DNA from: Dehalococcoidia bacterium
GTDB lineage: Bacteria; Chloroflexota; Dehalococcoidia; Lucifugimonadales; Australimonadaceae
Reading direction: 5' to 3'
Assembly: GCA_034422075.1 (NCBI GenBank)
Contig: DAOUJX010000060.1
Location: forward strand, 5,515 to 69,514
DNA length: 64,000 bases
Under the pieces are notes generated by a model, which had not been told where the DNA came from, searched no databases, and worked only from the letters and a program-made list of their open reading frames with translations. Below are positions 19,311-28,542 of this stretch, one piece after another (the stretch's first letter is position 1; each line of letters starts with the position of its first letter). Both the position numbers and the translations under genes were made by a program.

Positions 19311-20519
19311 CTACGGCCCGTCGGGGTAGGCGCCGAAGGTGAAGGCGAACAGCGCGAACTGGTCGGAGTTGCTGGAGAGCTTGAGCACGTGGTTGCTGAA
19401 CTCCGGCAGTTCGACGATGGCATACATGCGCGGCTCGTTGACGACGAAGTAGGAGCGATCGTCTTCGACGACGAGGTCGCCGCCCGCCTCCTCCTCAGTA
19501 AGCGGCCTGCCGTCAATCTCCACCTGCACCTCGTAGGAGCCGACCTCGGCAGGGTCGAACACCGCGTTCACGCTCGTAGCGAGAAAGCGCAGGATCATGT
19601 AGTCCTCGAAGTCGCTGGTCGTGCGTGCGTGGCGGATGGACTCCAGCCCGTTCTCCCACGGGCCGTGGAGGTAGAGGAACTGGTTGATGTGGACGCCGGG
19701 GTCTTCGTAGTCGCGGACCACTTCGGCTTCGTCGTAATAGTCTTCGTGTGCGATGTAGATGCCACTGCTAGAGGCGTTGCGTAGGAAGCCCCCGTAGATT
19801 TCGCGCGTTATGCGCGCTACCGGGTCAGTCGATTGGTACGCTCGCGGGTCGAACCGTGGCGCCTCCGTATCGTTTACGGGGATGGCGGAGAGATCGCGTC
19901 CAATCTCCTCCAACAATCCCCGTATCTGCTCCTCCGTCTCCTGGTATGCGCCCTCGCCGATGTGGGAGTAACGGACCACGCCCTGAGCGTCGATCAGGTA
20001 CTTGGCTGGCCACGCGCGGTTGGAGTAGGCGCGCCACGTACGGAAGTCGTTGTCCTGCGCGATGGGGTAGGTCAGCTCGAATTCCTGCGCACTGCGGACC
20101 ACGTTCTCGGTCACCTTCTCGAACTCGAACTCCGGCGTATGCACGCCGATGATGACCAGCCCCTCGTCTGCGTACTTGGCGTGCCAGTCCTTGAGGTAAG
20201 GCAGGGTACGGATGCAGTTCACGCAGGTGTATGTCCAGAAGTCGATGAGCACCACCTGCCCGCGCAGTTCCTCCATGGTGAGCGGTTCGCTGTTTATCCA
20301 GTTGACGATGCCGGTGAACTCCGGCGCGATGTTGTCGACCGCACCGCCTACCTCGCGCTCGGACATGGTCAGAGTCGGAGTGGGGGTGGGGCCCGGAGTG
20401 GGCGTCGGGGTGGGCGTAGGAGTGGGGTCACTTCCGCATGCAGCGGCAAGCAGCAGCCCAAGGATGAGCAACGCAGCGATGGCGGGCAGCCCCTTCGTGA
20501 TGCGCCGTTGCTCCCCCAA
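19311..20519 (-). CDS. DipZ-C-terminal-like thioredoxin/redoxin lipoprotein
   Basis: Lipobox LLAAAC-G, PT linker, redoxin motif FWTYTCVNCIRTLP...GVHTPEFEFEK, plus a C-terminal beta-rich domain as in mycobacterial DipZ. Confidence 0.8.
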   Translation of the reverse strand: MGEQRRITKGLPAIAALLILGLLLAAACGSDPTPTPTPTPTPGPTPTPTLTMSEREVGGAVDNIAPEFTGIVNWINSEPLTMEELRGQVVLIDFWTYTCVNCIRTLPYLKDWHAKYADEGLVIIGVHTPEFEFEKVTENVVRSAQEFELTYPIAQDNDFRTWRAYSNRAWPAKYLIDAQGVVRYSHIGEGAYQETEEQIRGLLEEIGRDLSAIPVNDTEAPRFDPRAYQSTDPVARITREIYGGFLRNASSSGIYIAHEDYYDEAEVVRDYEDPGVHINQFLYLHGPWENGLESIRHARTTSDFEDYMILRFLATSVNAVFDPAEVGSYEVQVEIDGRPLTEEEAGGDLVVEDDRSYFVVNEPRMYAIVELPEFSNHVLKLSSNSDQFALFAFTFGAYPDGP

Positions 20520-20586
20520 TTACGGCTCTCTCCTCCCCTGCCCGCCGGGCGGCGCAGCTACATAGATATAGTACCATTTCCTACGC

Positions 20587-21504
20587 ATGGCTTCCAATCT
20601 GTTGACTATCGAGGACCTAGCGGACGCGGAGGTCGGCGGCATCGTGGAGACGGCGCTGGCCTACCGGTCGGCGGCACTTGCCGACAAGCCGCTCGCAGGC
20701 CGCAGCGTCGCGCTGCTGTTCGAGAAGCCGTCGCTACGAACGCGCGTATCGTTCGACATCGGCGTGTACGAATTGGGCGGCCACGCGGTCTACGTCGGGC
20801 GCGACGAGGTAATGCTAAACGTGCGCGAGCCGGCGGAGGACGTGGCGCGCGTCCTCGAACGGTGGTGCGCCCTTATCGTCGCCCGCGTCGACAGCCACAC
20901 CACGCTTCACCAGCTCGCCGACCCTGAGCGCGTGCCGGTCATCAACGCGCTCTCCGACGTCGAGCACCCCTGCCAGGCGCTGGCCGACGTGACGACCATC
21001 CACCAGCACTTCGGACGGTTGGAGGGCGTGGTGGTGGCCTATGTGGGCGACGCGAACAACGTGGCGAATAGCCTTGGCCTCGCGTGCGCCGCCGCAGGCG
21101 CGGCATTCCGCATCGCGTCGCCCGAGGGCTACGGCCTCAGCGACGAGTACGAGGCGCTCATCAGCTCCCGCTACGGCGGCAAGGGCTCCGTGGAGTGCTT
21201 TACAGATCCGCGTGAGGCGGTGTGCGGCGCGGACGTCGTCTACACCGACGTGTGGACGAGCATGGGGCAGGAGGGGGAGGCGGACGAGCGCCGCCGCGTG
21301 TTCGAGGGCTTCCAGGTGAACGAGGCGTTGCTCGCCATTGCAGGCCCGCGCGCGATCTTCATGCACGACATGCCTGCGCACTATGGTGAAGAGGTGCCGG
21401 AGGGGATGCTGCTCCATCCGCAGTCGGTCGCCTTTGACCAGGCCGAGAACCGCCTGCACGCCCAGAAGGCGGTCATGCGCCACCTCTCCGCGGGCAACCT
21501 GTAG
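20587..21504 (+). CDS. argF: Ornithine carbamoyltransferase
   Basis: SLRTRVSFD carbamoyl-phosphate motif, HPCQALAD, DVWTSMG and FMHDMP. Confidence 0.9.
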   Translation: MASNLLTIEDLADAEVGGIVETALAYRSAALADKPLAGRSVALLFEKPSLRTRVSFDIGVYELGGHAVYVGRDEVMLNVREPAEDVARVLERWCALIVARVDSHTTLHQLADPERVPVINALSDVEHPCQALADVTTIHQHFGRLEGVVVAYVGDANNVANSLGLACAAAGAAFRIASPEGYGLSDEYEALISSRYGGKGSVECFTDPREAVCGADVVYTDVWTSMGQEGEADERRRVFEGFQVNEALLAIAGPRAIFMHDMPAHYGEEVPEGMLLHPQSVAFDQAENRLHAQKAVMRHLSAGNL

Positions 21505-21515
21505 GAGCACACTCC

Positions 21516-22937
21516 ATGGCCACCGCCGCGCGCACGCGCACCAGGCTCACCACGCCGCTTGTCGCCATCGTCGGGCGGCCCAACGTGGGCAAGTCCAGCC
21601 TCTTCAACGCGATGGTGGGCCGGCGCGAGGCGATAACGTCCGACATCGCCGGCACGACGCGCGACCGCGTCACGGACGCCGTCGAGTACAGAGAGCGGCG
21701 GCTGCTGCTCGTCGACACCGGTGGCCTCGTGCCGGAGCCGGACGAGGAGATGGAGGCGCAGGTCGCTTCGCAGGTGGGAGCAGCACTTGCGGAGGCGGAC
21801 GCCGTCGTCTTCGTCGTCGACGTAGTCGCAGGCGCCACACATGCTGACCGCGCCATAGCCCAGCGCCTACGCGAGACGTCCATCCCCGTCATCCTCGCTG
21901 CCAACAAGGTGGACGGGCAGCGCCAAGAAGCGTTCGCCCTCGAGATGCACGAGTTGGCGATGGGCCCGCCCATCCTGGTAAGCGCCATTCACCGCACCGG
22001 CATCGACGACCTGTTCGAGCGCGTCGTAGACACGCTGCCGCCGTCGAGCGATGAAGCGCAGACCGGGCGGCTGCCGCGCTTCGCCATCGTCGGGCGCCCC
22101 AACGTAGGCAAGTCGTCCATTGCGAACGCCATCCTGGGAGAAGAGCGCGCCATTGTCAGCGCCGTGCCTGGGACGACGCGCGACGCCGTCGACGGCGAGC
22201 TGAGGTTCGAGGGGCGCGAGGCGGTCATCGTCGATACCGCCGGCCTGCGCAAGCGCGGGGCCGTGGCGCCTGGCATCGAGCGCTACAGCGTCCTGCGTGC
22301 CATCCGCGCCATCGACGACTGCGACGTCGCCATTCTCGTGCTCGATGCGACAGAGCCCGCCACGGCGCAGGACCTGCACATCGCCGGCCAGGTCATGGAG
22401 GCGTTCAAGGGCGTCGTCGTTGCCGTCAACAAGGCCGATTTGCTCGAGGGCGAGGGAGAGGAGGTCGACCCGCGCAGCGCCCGCCGCACCGTGCTCTCGC
22501 GCCTCCATTTCATGGAGTACGCGCCTGTGGTCGTCACCTCGGCCACGCAGGGACGAGGCATCGACCATTTGCTGCGGACGGCGTTCGCGGTGTATGAGGA
22601 GAGGATGGCGTGGACGCCCCCGTCGCGGCTGATGCGCGTGGTGATGGATGCCGTCGGGCGTCATCTGCCGCCAAAGCAGGGACGACGCGCGCTCAAGATC
22701 TACCGCGTCAAGCAGGAGGCCGTCGGCCCGCCCACCTTCGTCTTCTACTGCAACAACCCCTCGCTGATGCACTTCTCCTACGAGCGCTACCTGGAGAACG
22801 CGCTGCGCGATGCGTTCGGGTTCGAGGGCAACCACCTGCGCCTGGAATTCCGGGGCAAGGGCAAGCTGCACGTCATCGGCGGCCACCGGACGGGGCGCGA
22901 CGCCGCGCGCAATCCGCCGCCGCAAAAAAGGGGATGA
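21516..22937 (+). CDS. der: Ribosome-associated GTPase Der/EngA
   Basis: Two tandem G domains (GRPNVGKSS twice) plus a KH-like C-terminus. Confidence 0.95.
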   Translation: MATAARTRTRLTTPLVAIVGRPNVGKSSLFNAMVGRREAITSDIAGTTRDRVTDAVEYRERRLLLVDTGGLVPEPDEEMEAQVASQVGAALAEADAVVFVVDVVAGATHADRAIAQRLRETSIPVILAANKVDGQRQEAFALEMHELAMGPPILVSAIHRTGIDDLFERVVDTLPPSSDEAQTGRLPRFAIVGRPNVGKSSIANAILGEERAIVSAVPGTTRDAVDGELRFEGREAVIVDTAGLRKRGAVAPGIERYSVLRAIRAIDDCDVAILVLDATEPATAQDLHIAGQVMEAFKGVVVAVNKADLLEGEGEEVDPRSARRTVLSRLHFMEYAPVVVTSATQGRGIDHLLRTAFAVYEERMAWTPPSRLMRVVMDAVGRHLPPKQGRRALKIYRVKQEAVGPPTFVFYCNNPSLMHFSYERYLENALRDAFGFEGNHLRLEFRGKGKLHVIGGHRTGRDAARNPPPQKRG

Positions 22938-22938
22938 C

Positions 22939-23544
22939 GTGGACTACTGGTGGCTGATACCCATCGCGTACGGCGCGGGGAGCGCGCAATGGGGGCTCGT
23001 GGTGGTCCGCCTCCTGCGCGGCGTCGATGTCCGCGACTACGGCAGCGGCAAGACGGGCGTGACCAACGTGCTGCGCGCGGCCGGCTGGCCCGCCGCTGCC
23101 GGAGTGCTCATCGCCGACGCGGGCAAGGGCGTACTGCCCGTCGTCGCCGCGCGCCTCCTCTCCGACGACCCGTGGTTGCACGCCAGCGTGGCGTTCGGGG
23201 TGATAGTCGGCCACATCCTGCCGCTCTTCTCCGGCTTTCGCGGCGGCCGGGGGATTGCGACAGGCGTGGGGACGGCGTCGGCGCTCGACCCGTGGATGGC
23301 GCTGGTGGGTTTGGGCGTCTTCCTGCCCGTCGTCGGCATCTCGCGCTACGTCTCGCTCGGCTCCGTGCTATCGGTCGCCGCCGTGGTCATCGCCTTCGCC
23401 GTGACGATAGCCACCGGAGTCCACCCCACACCCTACCTCTGGTATGCCATAGGGGGCGGCGTCACGATCATCTGGATGCACCGCGAGAACATCCAGCGCA
23501 TCGTGCAGGGGACGGAGCGTAAGCTGGGACAGCGAGTGATGTAA
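22939..23544 (+). CDS. plsY: Glycerol-3-phosphate acyltransferase PlsY
   Basis: GSGKTGVTNV motif and a multi-TM 201-aa protein. The GTG at 22939 lies directly after the der stop and is preceded by AAAAAAGGGGA. Confidence 0.9.
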   Translation: MDYWWLIPIAYGAGSAQWGLVVVRLLRGVDVRDYGSGKTGVTNVLRAAGWPAAAGVLIADAGKGVLPVVAARLLSDDPWLHASVAFGVIVGHILPLFSGFRGGRGIATGVGTASALDPWMALVGLGVFLPVVGISRYVSLGSVLSVAAVVIAFAVTIATGVHPTPYLWYAIGGGVTIIWMHRENIQRIVQGTERKLGQRVM

Positions 23545-23554
23545 AAGGGGGCCG

Positions 23555-24538
23555 CTAGGGCTTCCTATACACCGCCGTTACCCAGTCACCGTCCGTGTGG
23601 GTCTCTTCAAGGCGCAGGTGGGCGCGGGCGAACGCCGCCTCCACCTCTTCCCGGCGTGAGGCGAGAATGCCGGAGCCGATGAGGACGCCGCTCGGCCGCA
23701 GAGCGTCGCGCAACGGTTCGGCGAGCGCGACAAGCACCGCACCGCTAATGTTTGCCACCACGACATCAGCCGCCCCAGCGGCGGCGCGCTCGTGTGGAAG
23801 CGTCCCCAGGTGGACTCGCACGACCGTGCCGACGGCGTTGGCACGGACGTTGCGGCGCGCAGCGCGCACGGCGACGGCGTCGAGCTCAAGGGCAACGACG
23901 GTCCCCGCACCGAGCCGGGCAGCGGCAATCGACAGTATCCCCGACCCGGCGCCAATGTCAGCGACGTGCGCGCCCTGCGCCACCCTCTGCTCCATGCACT
24001 CCAACACGCGCCGCGTCGTCGGGTGATGGCCCGTGCCGAACGCAAGGCCGGGGTCGATTTCGACGGTGAGGTCTCCGCCGTGCTGCTCGTGCCTTGCCCA
24101 CGGAGGGGTAACGACGATGCGCCGCCCAACCCGCAGCGGCATGAAGTGCGCCTTCCATGCCTCTTCCCACTCTTCTTGGCGTACCTCGCGCTCTTGGAGC
24201 GGCTCCGTGCCTGCCAGTTGGGAGACGAGGTTGACACCGATGTGGAGCAGCTCTCGGCTGCGCCGGTAGCGCGGCGATTGGGGCAGGTAGGTGCGCAGTG
24301 TCGCCTCTTCGGGCGTCGGGCGAGGTTCGCCTTCGTCAGGGCTGTAGGAGGCGGCCTCCTCAATTACCGCGCCTCCCTTGCCATGGCGCTGGAAGAGGGC
24401 GGCGATAGGCTCGACGTACTCGAAGGGAACAGTGACGAAGAGCTCGAGCCAGGGCTGCTTGCGGCGCGCGCCCTGGGATAAGCCGGCGCTAGCCGTCGTG
24501 CGCGCCGTTCTTCTTGAAGGAGGCCTGGAGCTGCTCAA
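23555..24538 (-). CDS. prmA: Ribosomal protein L11 methyltransferase
   Basis: WLELFVTVP... N-domain and SAM motif [11 protein letters not shown]. About 27 aa of Arg/Ser-rich N-terminal extension overlaps the dnaJ 3' end, so the start is uncertain. Confidence 0.85.
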   Translation of the reverse strand: MSSSRPPSRRTARTTASAGLSQGARRKQPWLELFVTVPFEYVEPIAALFQRHGKGGAVIEEAASYSPDEGEPRPTPEEATLRTYLPQSPRYRRSRELLHIGVNLVSQLAGTEPLQEREVRQEEWEEAWKAHFMPLRVGRRIVVTPPWARHEQHGGDLTVEIDPGLAFGTGHHPTTRRVLECMEQRVAQGAHVADIGAGSGILSIAAARLGAGTVVALELDAVAVRAARRNVRANAVGTVVRVHLGTLPHERAAAGAADVVVANISGAVLVALAEPLRDALRPSGVLIGSGILASRREEVEAAFARAHLRLEETHTDGDWVTAVYRKP

Positions 24539-25568
24539 TGAGTCGGCGCTGCTCCTTGCTGAGCTTGGTAGGGGTCTGAACGCGAACGGTCACGACCTGT
24601 TCGCCGCGCTTCTGCGACCGGATGTTCGGCACGCCCAGCCCCCTCAGCCGGAATTCGTGCCCGTGCTGCGTCCCCGCCGGCACCCTTAGCCGGTGCGTTC
24701 CTCCGAGCGTCGGCACCTCGACTTCGTCCCCCAAAGCCGCCTGCGGGAAGGTTAGGTCAAGCTGGTAGTGGATTTCTGTGCCGTAGCGTCCGAACACCTT
24801 GTGCCGCTGCACACCCACCTCGACGAGCAGGTCCCCGTCGGGTCCCCCATTCTCGCCGACGTCGCCTTGTCCGGGGAGCTTGAGAACGGTGCCGTCGTCG
24901 ACGCCGGCGGGCACGTCGACCTGCAGCGTGCGAGTGGCGCGGATGCTTCCGGCGCCCCTGCAGTTCGAGCAGGGCAAGGTGACGACGTCGCCGAGGCCGT
25001 GGCAGACGGAGCAGGCGCCCTCGGTGACGTACTGACCGAAGAAGGCGCGCTGAGCGCGGCGCACCCGTCCCGTACCGTTGCAGGCGGTGCAGCGCGCGGG
25101 CGGATGGCCGGGCTCGCTGCGCGATCCGCCGCAATGGCTGCAGCGGTCGATGCGCGTGACCTGCACCTCCTTGGTCGTGCCGAACACGGCCTCTTCGAAG
25201 GTGATGGTGGCGTGCGCCTCCAGCGTGCGGCCCCTGCGCTGGCGCGTCGCCTGCGACGCTGCGCCGCCTCCGAAGAAGGCGTCGAAGATGTCGCCGAATC
25301 CGCCGAAGACATCGCCAAAGCCGTCGAAGCCGCCAGCCCCGGAGCCCGTGCCGGCGTGGCCGAAGCGGTCGTACTGGCGGCGCCGCTCTGGGTCGCTGAG
25401 CACCTGGTAGGCCTCGTTAACCTCGCGGAAGTGCTCAGCAGCATCGGGCGACTTGTTGCGGTCGGGGTGAAACTCGAGCGCCTTGCGCCGAAACGCCTTG
25501 CGTACTTCCTCTTCGCTGGCGTCGCGCACTACGCCGAGCACCTTGTAGTAGTCGAGTTTGGTGGTCAT
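24489..25568 (-). CDS. dnaJ: Chaperone DnaJ
   Basis: J domain with HPD, G/F region, and four CxxCxGxG zinc motifs. Confidence 0.95.
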   Translation of the reverse strand: MTTKLDYYKVLGVVRDASEEEVRKAFRRKALEFHPDRNKSPDAAEHFREVNEAYQVLSDPERRRQYDRFGHAGTGSGAGGFDGFGDVFGGFGDIFDAFFGGGAASQATRQRRGRTLEAHATITFEEAVFGTTKEVQVTRIDRCSHCGGSRSEPGHPPARCTACNGTGRVRRAQRAFFGQYVTEGACSVCHGLGDVVTLPCSNCRGAGSIRATRTLQVDVPAGVDDGTVLKLPGQGDVGENGGPDGDLLVEVGVQRHKVFGRYGTEIHYQLDLTFPQAALGDEVEVPTLGGTHRLRVPAGTQHGHEFRLRGLGVPNIRSQKRGEQVVTVRVQTPTKLSKEQRRLIEQLQASFKKNGAHDG

Positions 25569-25595
25569 CGATTGCTCAACCTGCGAGCACGGGTC

Positions 25596-26651
25596 CTACG
25601 CCCCTGTCTCGTCTAGCGCCAGCGCCAACTCGCCCATGACGTCGGCCAGGAGGCGGACGGACGCAATGGCGGTGGCGTAGTCCATCCGCGTCGGGCCAAT
25701 GACGGCGACGGCGCCCGACTCGCTGCCCGTTCCGCCGTAGCGTGAGAGCACAAGGCTGTATGGGTGAAGGTGCTTGTTGGCGTTCTCGGAGCCGATGATG
25801 ACCCGCACCTCGCCCGGGCGGAGTTGCTCCGCTACTAGGTCGCGCAGGGTCGCCTCGTCCTCCAGCACGGCGACTGCCTCACGCGCGTGGCTGCCCTCGA
25901 CGAACTCCGGCTGGCTGAGCATGTGGCGCAGGCCGGCGACGAAAGGGTGCTCGGCCGCGGCCGAGGCATGCACGCGCATCACGCGGCTTGCCTCGTCCAC
26001 CGCCGCATCGGCGAAGTCGTTGGCGCCCCGCTGCGATGCCCACACCGTCTGCACATCATCGGTTGCTGCGCCTCGTAGGCTATCGGTCAACAGGCTGGAG
26101 AGCTGCGCCAGTTCCTCCGGTGTGACGTCGTCGGGAGCCTGGATGGTGTGCTGCAGCACGTGGCCTTCGTGCAGCACCAACACGAGCAGAACGTGGCTGC
26201 CGTAGAGGTGGACGAGGTGAAGTTGCCTGATTCGCGCATCGCGCAGGCCGGGCGGCGCGGCGACGGCGACATTGTGCAGCGCCCCGGAGAGCACGGTGGC
26301 CGCCGTGCGTGCGGCGCCCTCGAAGTCGGCGGCGTCGAGGTGCGCCATTTCATCGCGTACGCGCCGCTCGAACGCAGGCGAGGGCTGCGCCGCCTCGGTC
26401 GAGCGCTCGACGTAGAATCGGTAGCCGCGGTCGGCAGGTACACCGCCGGCGGAGGTGTGGGGGCGGACGATGAAGCCACGCTCCTCCAACTCCGCCATGT
26501 CGTTGCGGATGGTGGCGGGGCTGACCTTAAGCGAGTGGCGTTTGACGATCTGCTGCGATGCGACGGGCGCAGCGGTGCGTATGTAGTCGTGGACAAGCAA
26601 CCGTAGAATCGCCTGTCGGCGCTGATTCAGGGTGATGGCGTCCGTTGCCAT
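25596..26651 (-). CDS. hrcA: Heat-inducible transcription repressor HrcA
   Basis: N-terminal wHTH (LNQRRQAILRLLVHDYI..APVASQ) and full-length HrcA pattern. Upstream of dnaJ. Confidence 0.9.
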   Translation of the reverse strand: MATDAITLNQRRQAILRLLVHDYIRTAAPVASQQIVKRHSLKVSPATIRNDMAELEERGFIVRPHTSAGGVPADRGYRFYVERSTEAAQPSPAFERRVRDEMAHLDAADFEGAARTAATVLSGALHNVAVAAPPGLRDARIRQLHLVHLYGSHVLLVLVLHEGHVLQHTIQAPDDVTPEELAQLSSLLTDSLRGAATDDVQTVWASQRGANDFADAAVDEASRVMRVHASAAAEHPFVAGLRHMLSQPEFVEGSHAREAVAVLEDEATLRDLVAEQLRPGEVRVIIGSENANKHLHPYSLVLSRYGGTGSESGAVAVIGPTRMDYATAIASVRLLADVMGELALALDETGA

Positions 26652-26738
26652 GAGCGCGCTGCCGTCTTCGTAGCGTAGTTTTCTGACTTTATCGCGGTGT
26701 GCGCATGAGGGTCAACAGAGCGAATCGGCCTGCGCCGA

Positions 26739-26748
26739 CACCCTAACT
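26739..26748. repeat. Target-site duplication, left copy (CACCCTAACT)
   Basis: Identical 10-mer immediately outside both terminal inverted repeats. Confidence 0.85.
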
Positions 26749-26765
26749 GGCTTTGCACAGAAACC
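26749..26765. repeat. Terminal inverted repeat, left (GGCTTTGCACAGAAACC)
   Basis: Exact reverse complement of 34750-34766. Confidence 0.9.
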
Positions 26766-26805
26766 CCCGCCCGCGCGCGAGTTTTTGTGCATGCCGCTTG
26801 GGATT

Positions 26806-28107
26806 TTATGCAGATGCGGTTTGCCGAGGGATGAGCAGGTCCATCATGCCCAGCTCGTAGGATGCGTGAATCAGCACGCTGATGTTGTGGCAGAGGAACT
26901 TGAGCAGGACTTCGTTGACCTGGGCGACGGGCGTCCGTGACCGGACGGATGCCCCGTACTTGTTCTTGACCATGCTGAAGGTGCTCTCGACGTTGGAGCG
27001 CTTGTGGTAGTGCGCACTGAACTCTTCGCTGTTGAACTTGACGTAGTGATAGTACCGCTCCCACTGGCTGTCCCGTGGCAGGTCTGGTGACACAGGGCGG
27101 GACTTGGCTTTCAGCGGGATGTACGCCCTCGCGCCGACTGCCTCGACCGCACGCACGTTCGCCCTGCTCAGGTAGGCTTTGTCGGCGGAGACCTCTTCGA
27201 TGTTGAAATGCCGCGCCGTCGCCTCCACGAAGGGCGCCAGGTAGCGGGTATCGTTGGTCGGGGTTGCTGTCGCCTCTGCCTGGGTGATGATGTTCGTCTT
27301 CACACCGCAGATCGCGTGAGCCTTGACCCATAGGATGTTGCGGATTGGTCTCCCCCACTTGTGGTCAAAGTAGCGGCCGTAGACCGACGTGCCGAACCCC
27401 GTGGAGTCAATGGCGAAATCGTGCTCTACCGCAGCCAGGGGGATGGCGCTCTGCTCGATGAGCTGCTTCAGTACGGGAGTCAGCGCTGGGTCTTCCATGT
27501 ACTTCCACAGCGACGCCACCGAGGGGGCCTTGGCAATGAGGCCGTCCGTGTTGGCGCTCCGAATGCCCGTCATGGCCCGCCTGGTCGAGAATCCCCCGTA
27601 GACCTTGAGGCTTGCCGCAAATACCACATCGGACAACGGCAGGCGGGGCCGCCCCGTTCCGCTGGCTGGAGGCTGCTCGATGGTGCTGCAAAGGTCGCGG
27701 AGCAGGGTCGCAAAGTGCTCTTGCTCGTGCTCCTGCGCTGCGTTGTAGAGCGCCCAGGGCTGGCCATAGGTGGTGCCGGTTGGGAGCGTTTCCAGGTCGG
27801 CTCCCAGCCCCAACTGTCCGTCCCGTCGTTTGACGACCATTTGGACAGCGTAGATGTGCTTGCAGAGGCCCGGCCGTTCCTCAAAGTCTGGGCAACTGCA
27901 ATAGGGCTCGGCGCGGTCGACGAGGACATAGTAGGTGCCTTTGCCGGACTGGCTGGGCACCTTGTAGCCCCTTCCGGACTCCCTGATGGGCGCGAGCGCT
28001 GCTATGGCCATTCCGCGCTGCTTGCGGCCCGCGTCTCCGTCGTCGGGTGCTCCGGGGCCCAAAGCAGTGATGAGGTTGGGGTCAAAGTCGAGTCGCTGAT
28101 TCTTCAT
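26806..28107 (-). CDS. DDE transposase (IS4/IS5 superfamily) with N-terminal SWIM-type zinc finger
   Basis: SWIM signature CSCPDF...CKH and a perfect Y(2)R(3)E(6)K signature (YHKRSNVESTFSMVK). The ATG at 28107 has AGGTGA upstream. An alternative GTG lies at 28131. Confidence 0.85.
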   Translation of the reverse strand: MKNQRLDFDPNLITALGPGAPDDGDAGRKQRGMAIAALAPIRESGRGYKVPSQSGKGTYYVLVDRAEPYCSCPDFEERPGLCKHIYAVQMVVKRRDGQLGLGADLETLPTGTTYGQPWALYNAAQEHEQEHFATLLRDLCSTIEQPPASGTGRPRLPLSDVVFAASLKVYGGFSTRRAMTGIRSANTDGLIAKAPSVASLWKYMEDPALTPVLKQLIEQSAIPLAAVEHDFAIDSTGFGTSVYGRYFDHKWGRPIRNILWVKAHAICGVKTNIITQAEATATPTNDTRYLAPFVEATARHFNIEEVSADKAYLSRANVRAVEAVGARAYIPLKAKSRPVSPDLPRDSQWERYYHYVKFNSEEFSAHYHKRSNVESTFSMVKNKYGASVRSRTPVAQVNEVLLKFLCHNISVLIHASYELGMMDLLIPRQTASA

Positions 28108-28142
28108 CTGTTCACCTATGGCGAGCACCACAATCTAGGCAC

Positions 28143-28224
28143 ACAGTACTATACATTGTATGGTATTGTCAATTTCTAGCCGGAATCTGTTGCGTTGACA
28201 GTCCTATACACTGTCTCTTACTGT
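28143..28224. promoter_or_regulatory. Back-to-back promoters (both TTGACA-N18-TACTGT) with a 19-bp palindromic candidate operator
   Basis: Minus strand: TTGACA (28167-28172), TACTGT (28143-28148). Plus strand: TTGACA (28195-28200), TACTGT (28219-28224). The palindrome TACTATACATTGTATGGTA (28147-28165) lies in the minus-promoter spacer. Confidence 0.4.
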
Positions 28225-28230
28225 CCTGTC

Positions 28231-28470
28231 ATGAACGACGTGCAGCGGAAGATTGCGGCTCTACAAGAGCGGGGTTGGACCTTGGCCGCCATCGCCGATG
28301 AGCTTGGCGTGACGCCTAATGCCGTCGAGAAGTGGAAGGCCGGCGTCCGCAACGCTACCAACCTCAAGTCCATTCTGGAGCACTTGGAGCGGCTGCAGCA
28401 CCGGCAACGTATCCCGAAGCAGCGCCGATACCAACTGGGGCGTTCACACAGAGCCGTGAGGAGTCGTTGA
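28231..28470 (+). CDS. Small helix-turn-helix DNA-binding protein (80 aa)
   Basis: HTH segment WTLAAIADELGVTPNAVEKW. The ATG lies 6 nt after the putative -10, so the transcript may be leaderless. Confidence 0.65.
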   Translation: MNDVQRKIAALQERGWTLAAIADELGVTPNAVEKWKAGVRNATNLKSILEHLERLQHRQRIPKQRRYQLGRSHRAVRSR

Positions 28471-28538
28471 TGGCTAAAGGCAAGAGCTTCAATTGGGATC
28501 GGCCCAAGCGCTGGGAGCGCAAGGTAGTGGAGGCCTAG
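28470..28538 (+). CDS. Possible 22-aa micro-ORF (MAKGKSFNWDRPKRWERKVVEA)
   Basis: The ATG overlaps the HTH stop (TGATG) and has GAGGAG upstream. Very short, so speculative. Confidence 0.25.
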   Translation: MAKGKSFNWDRPKRWERKVVEA

Positions 28539-28542
28539 CGTT

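Noticed and set aside
26652-26748. Looked for a CIRCE operator (TTAGCACTC-N9-GAGTGCTAA) upstream of hrcA. The search also covered the reconstructed pre-insertion spacer continuing at 34777-34904.
   Set aside because: Only isolated half-site-like strings were found (TTAGCACAA on the minus strand near 34822, GAGTGTTAG at 34866). None had a partner at 9-nt spacing, so no CIRCE can be supported. A possible TTGACC-N17-ATAAAG promoter remains between the insertion and hrcA, but it is weak.
28181-28198. Weak similarity (about 10/17 with one gap) of CGGAATCTGTTGCGTTGA to the right terminal repeat. It could mark the end of an ancestral 1.45-kb IS.
   Set aside because: The match is too poor to distinguish from chance, and the sequence overlaps the plus-strand TTGACA promoter element.
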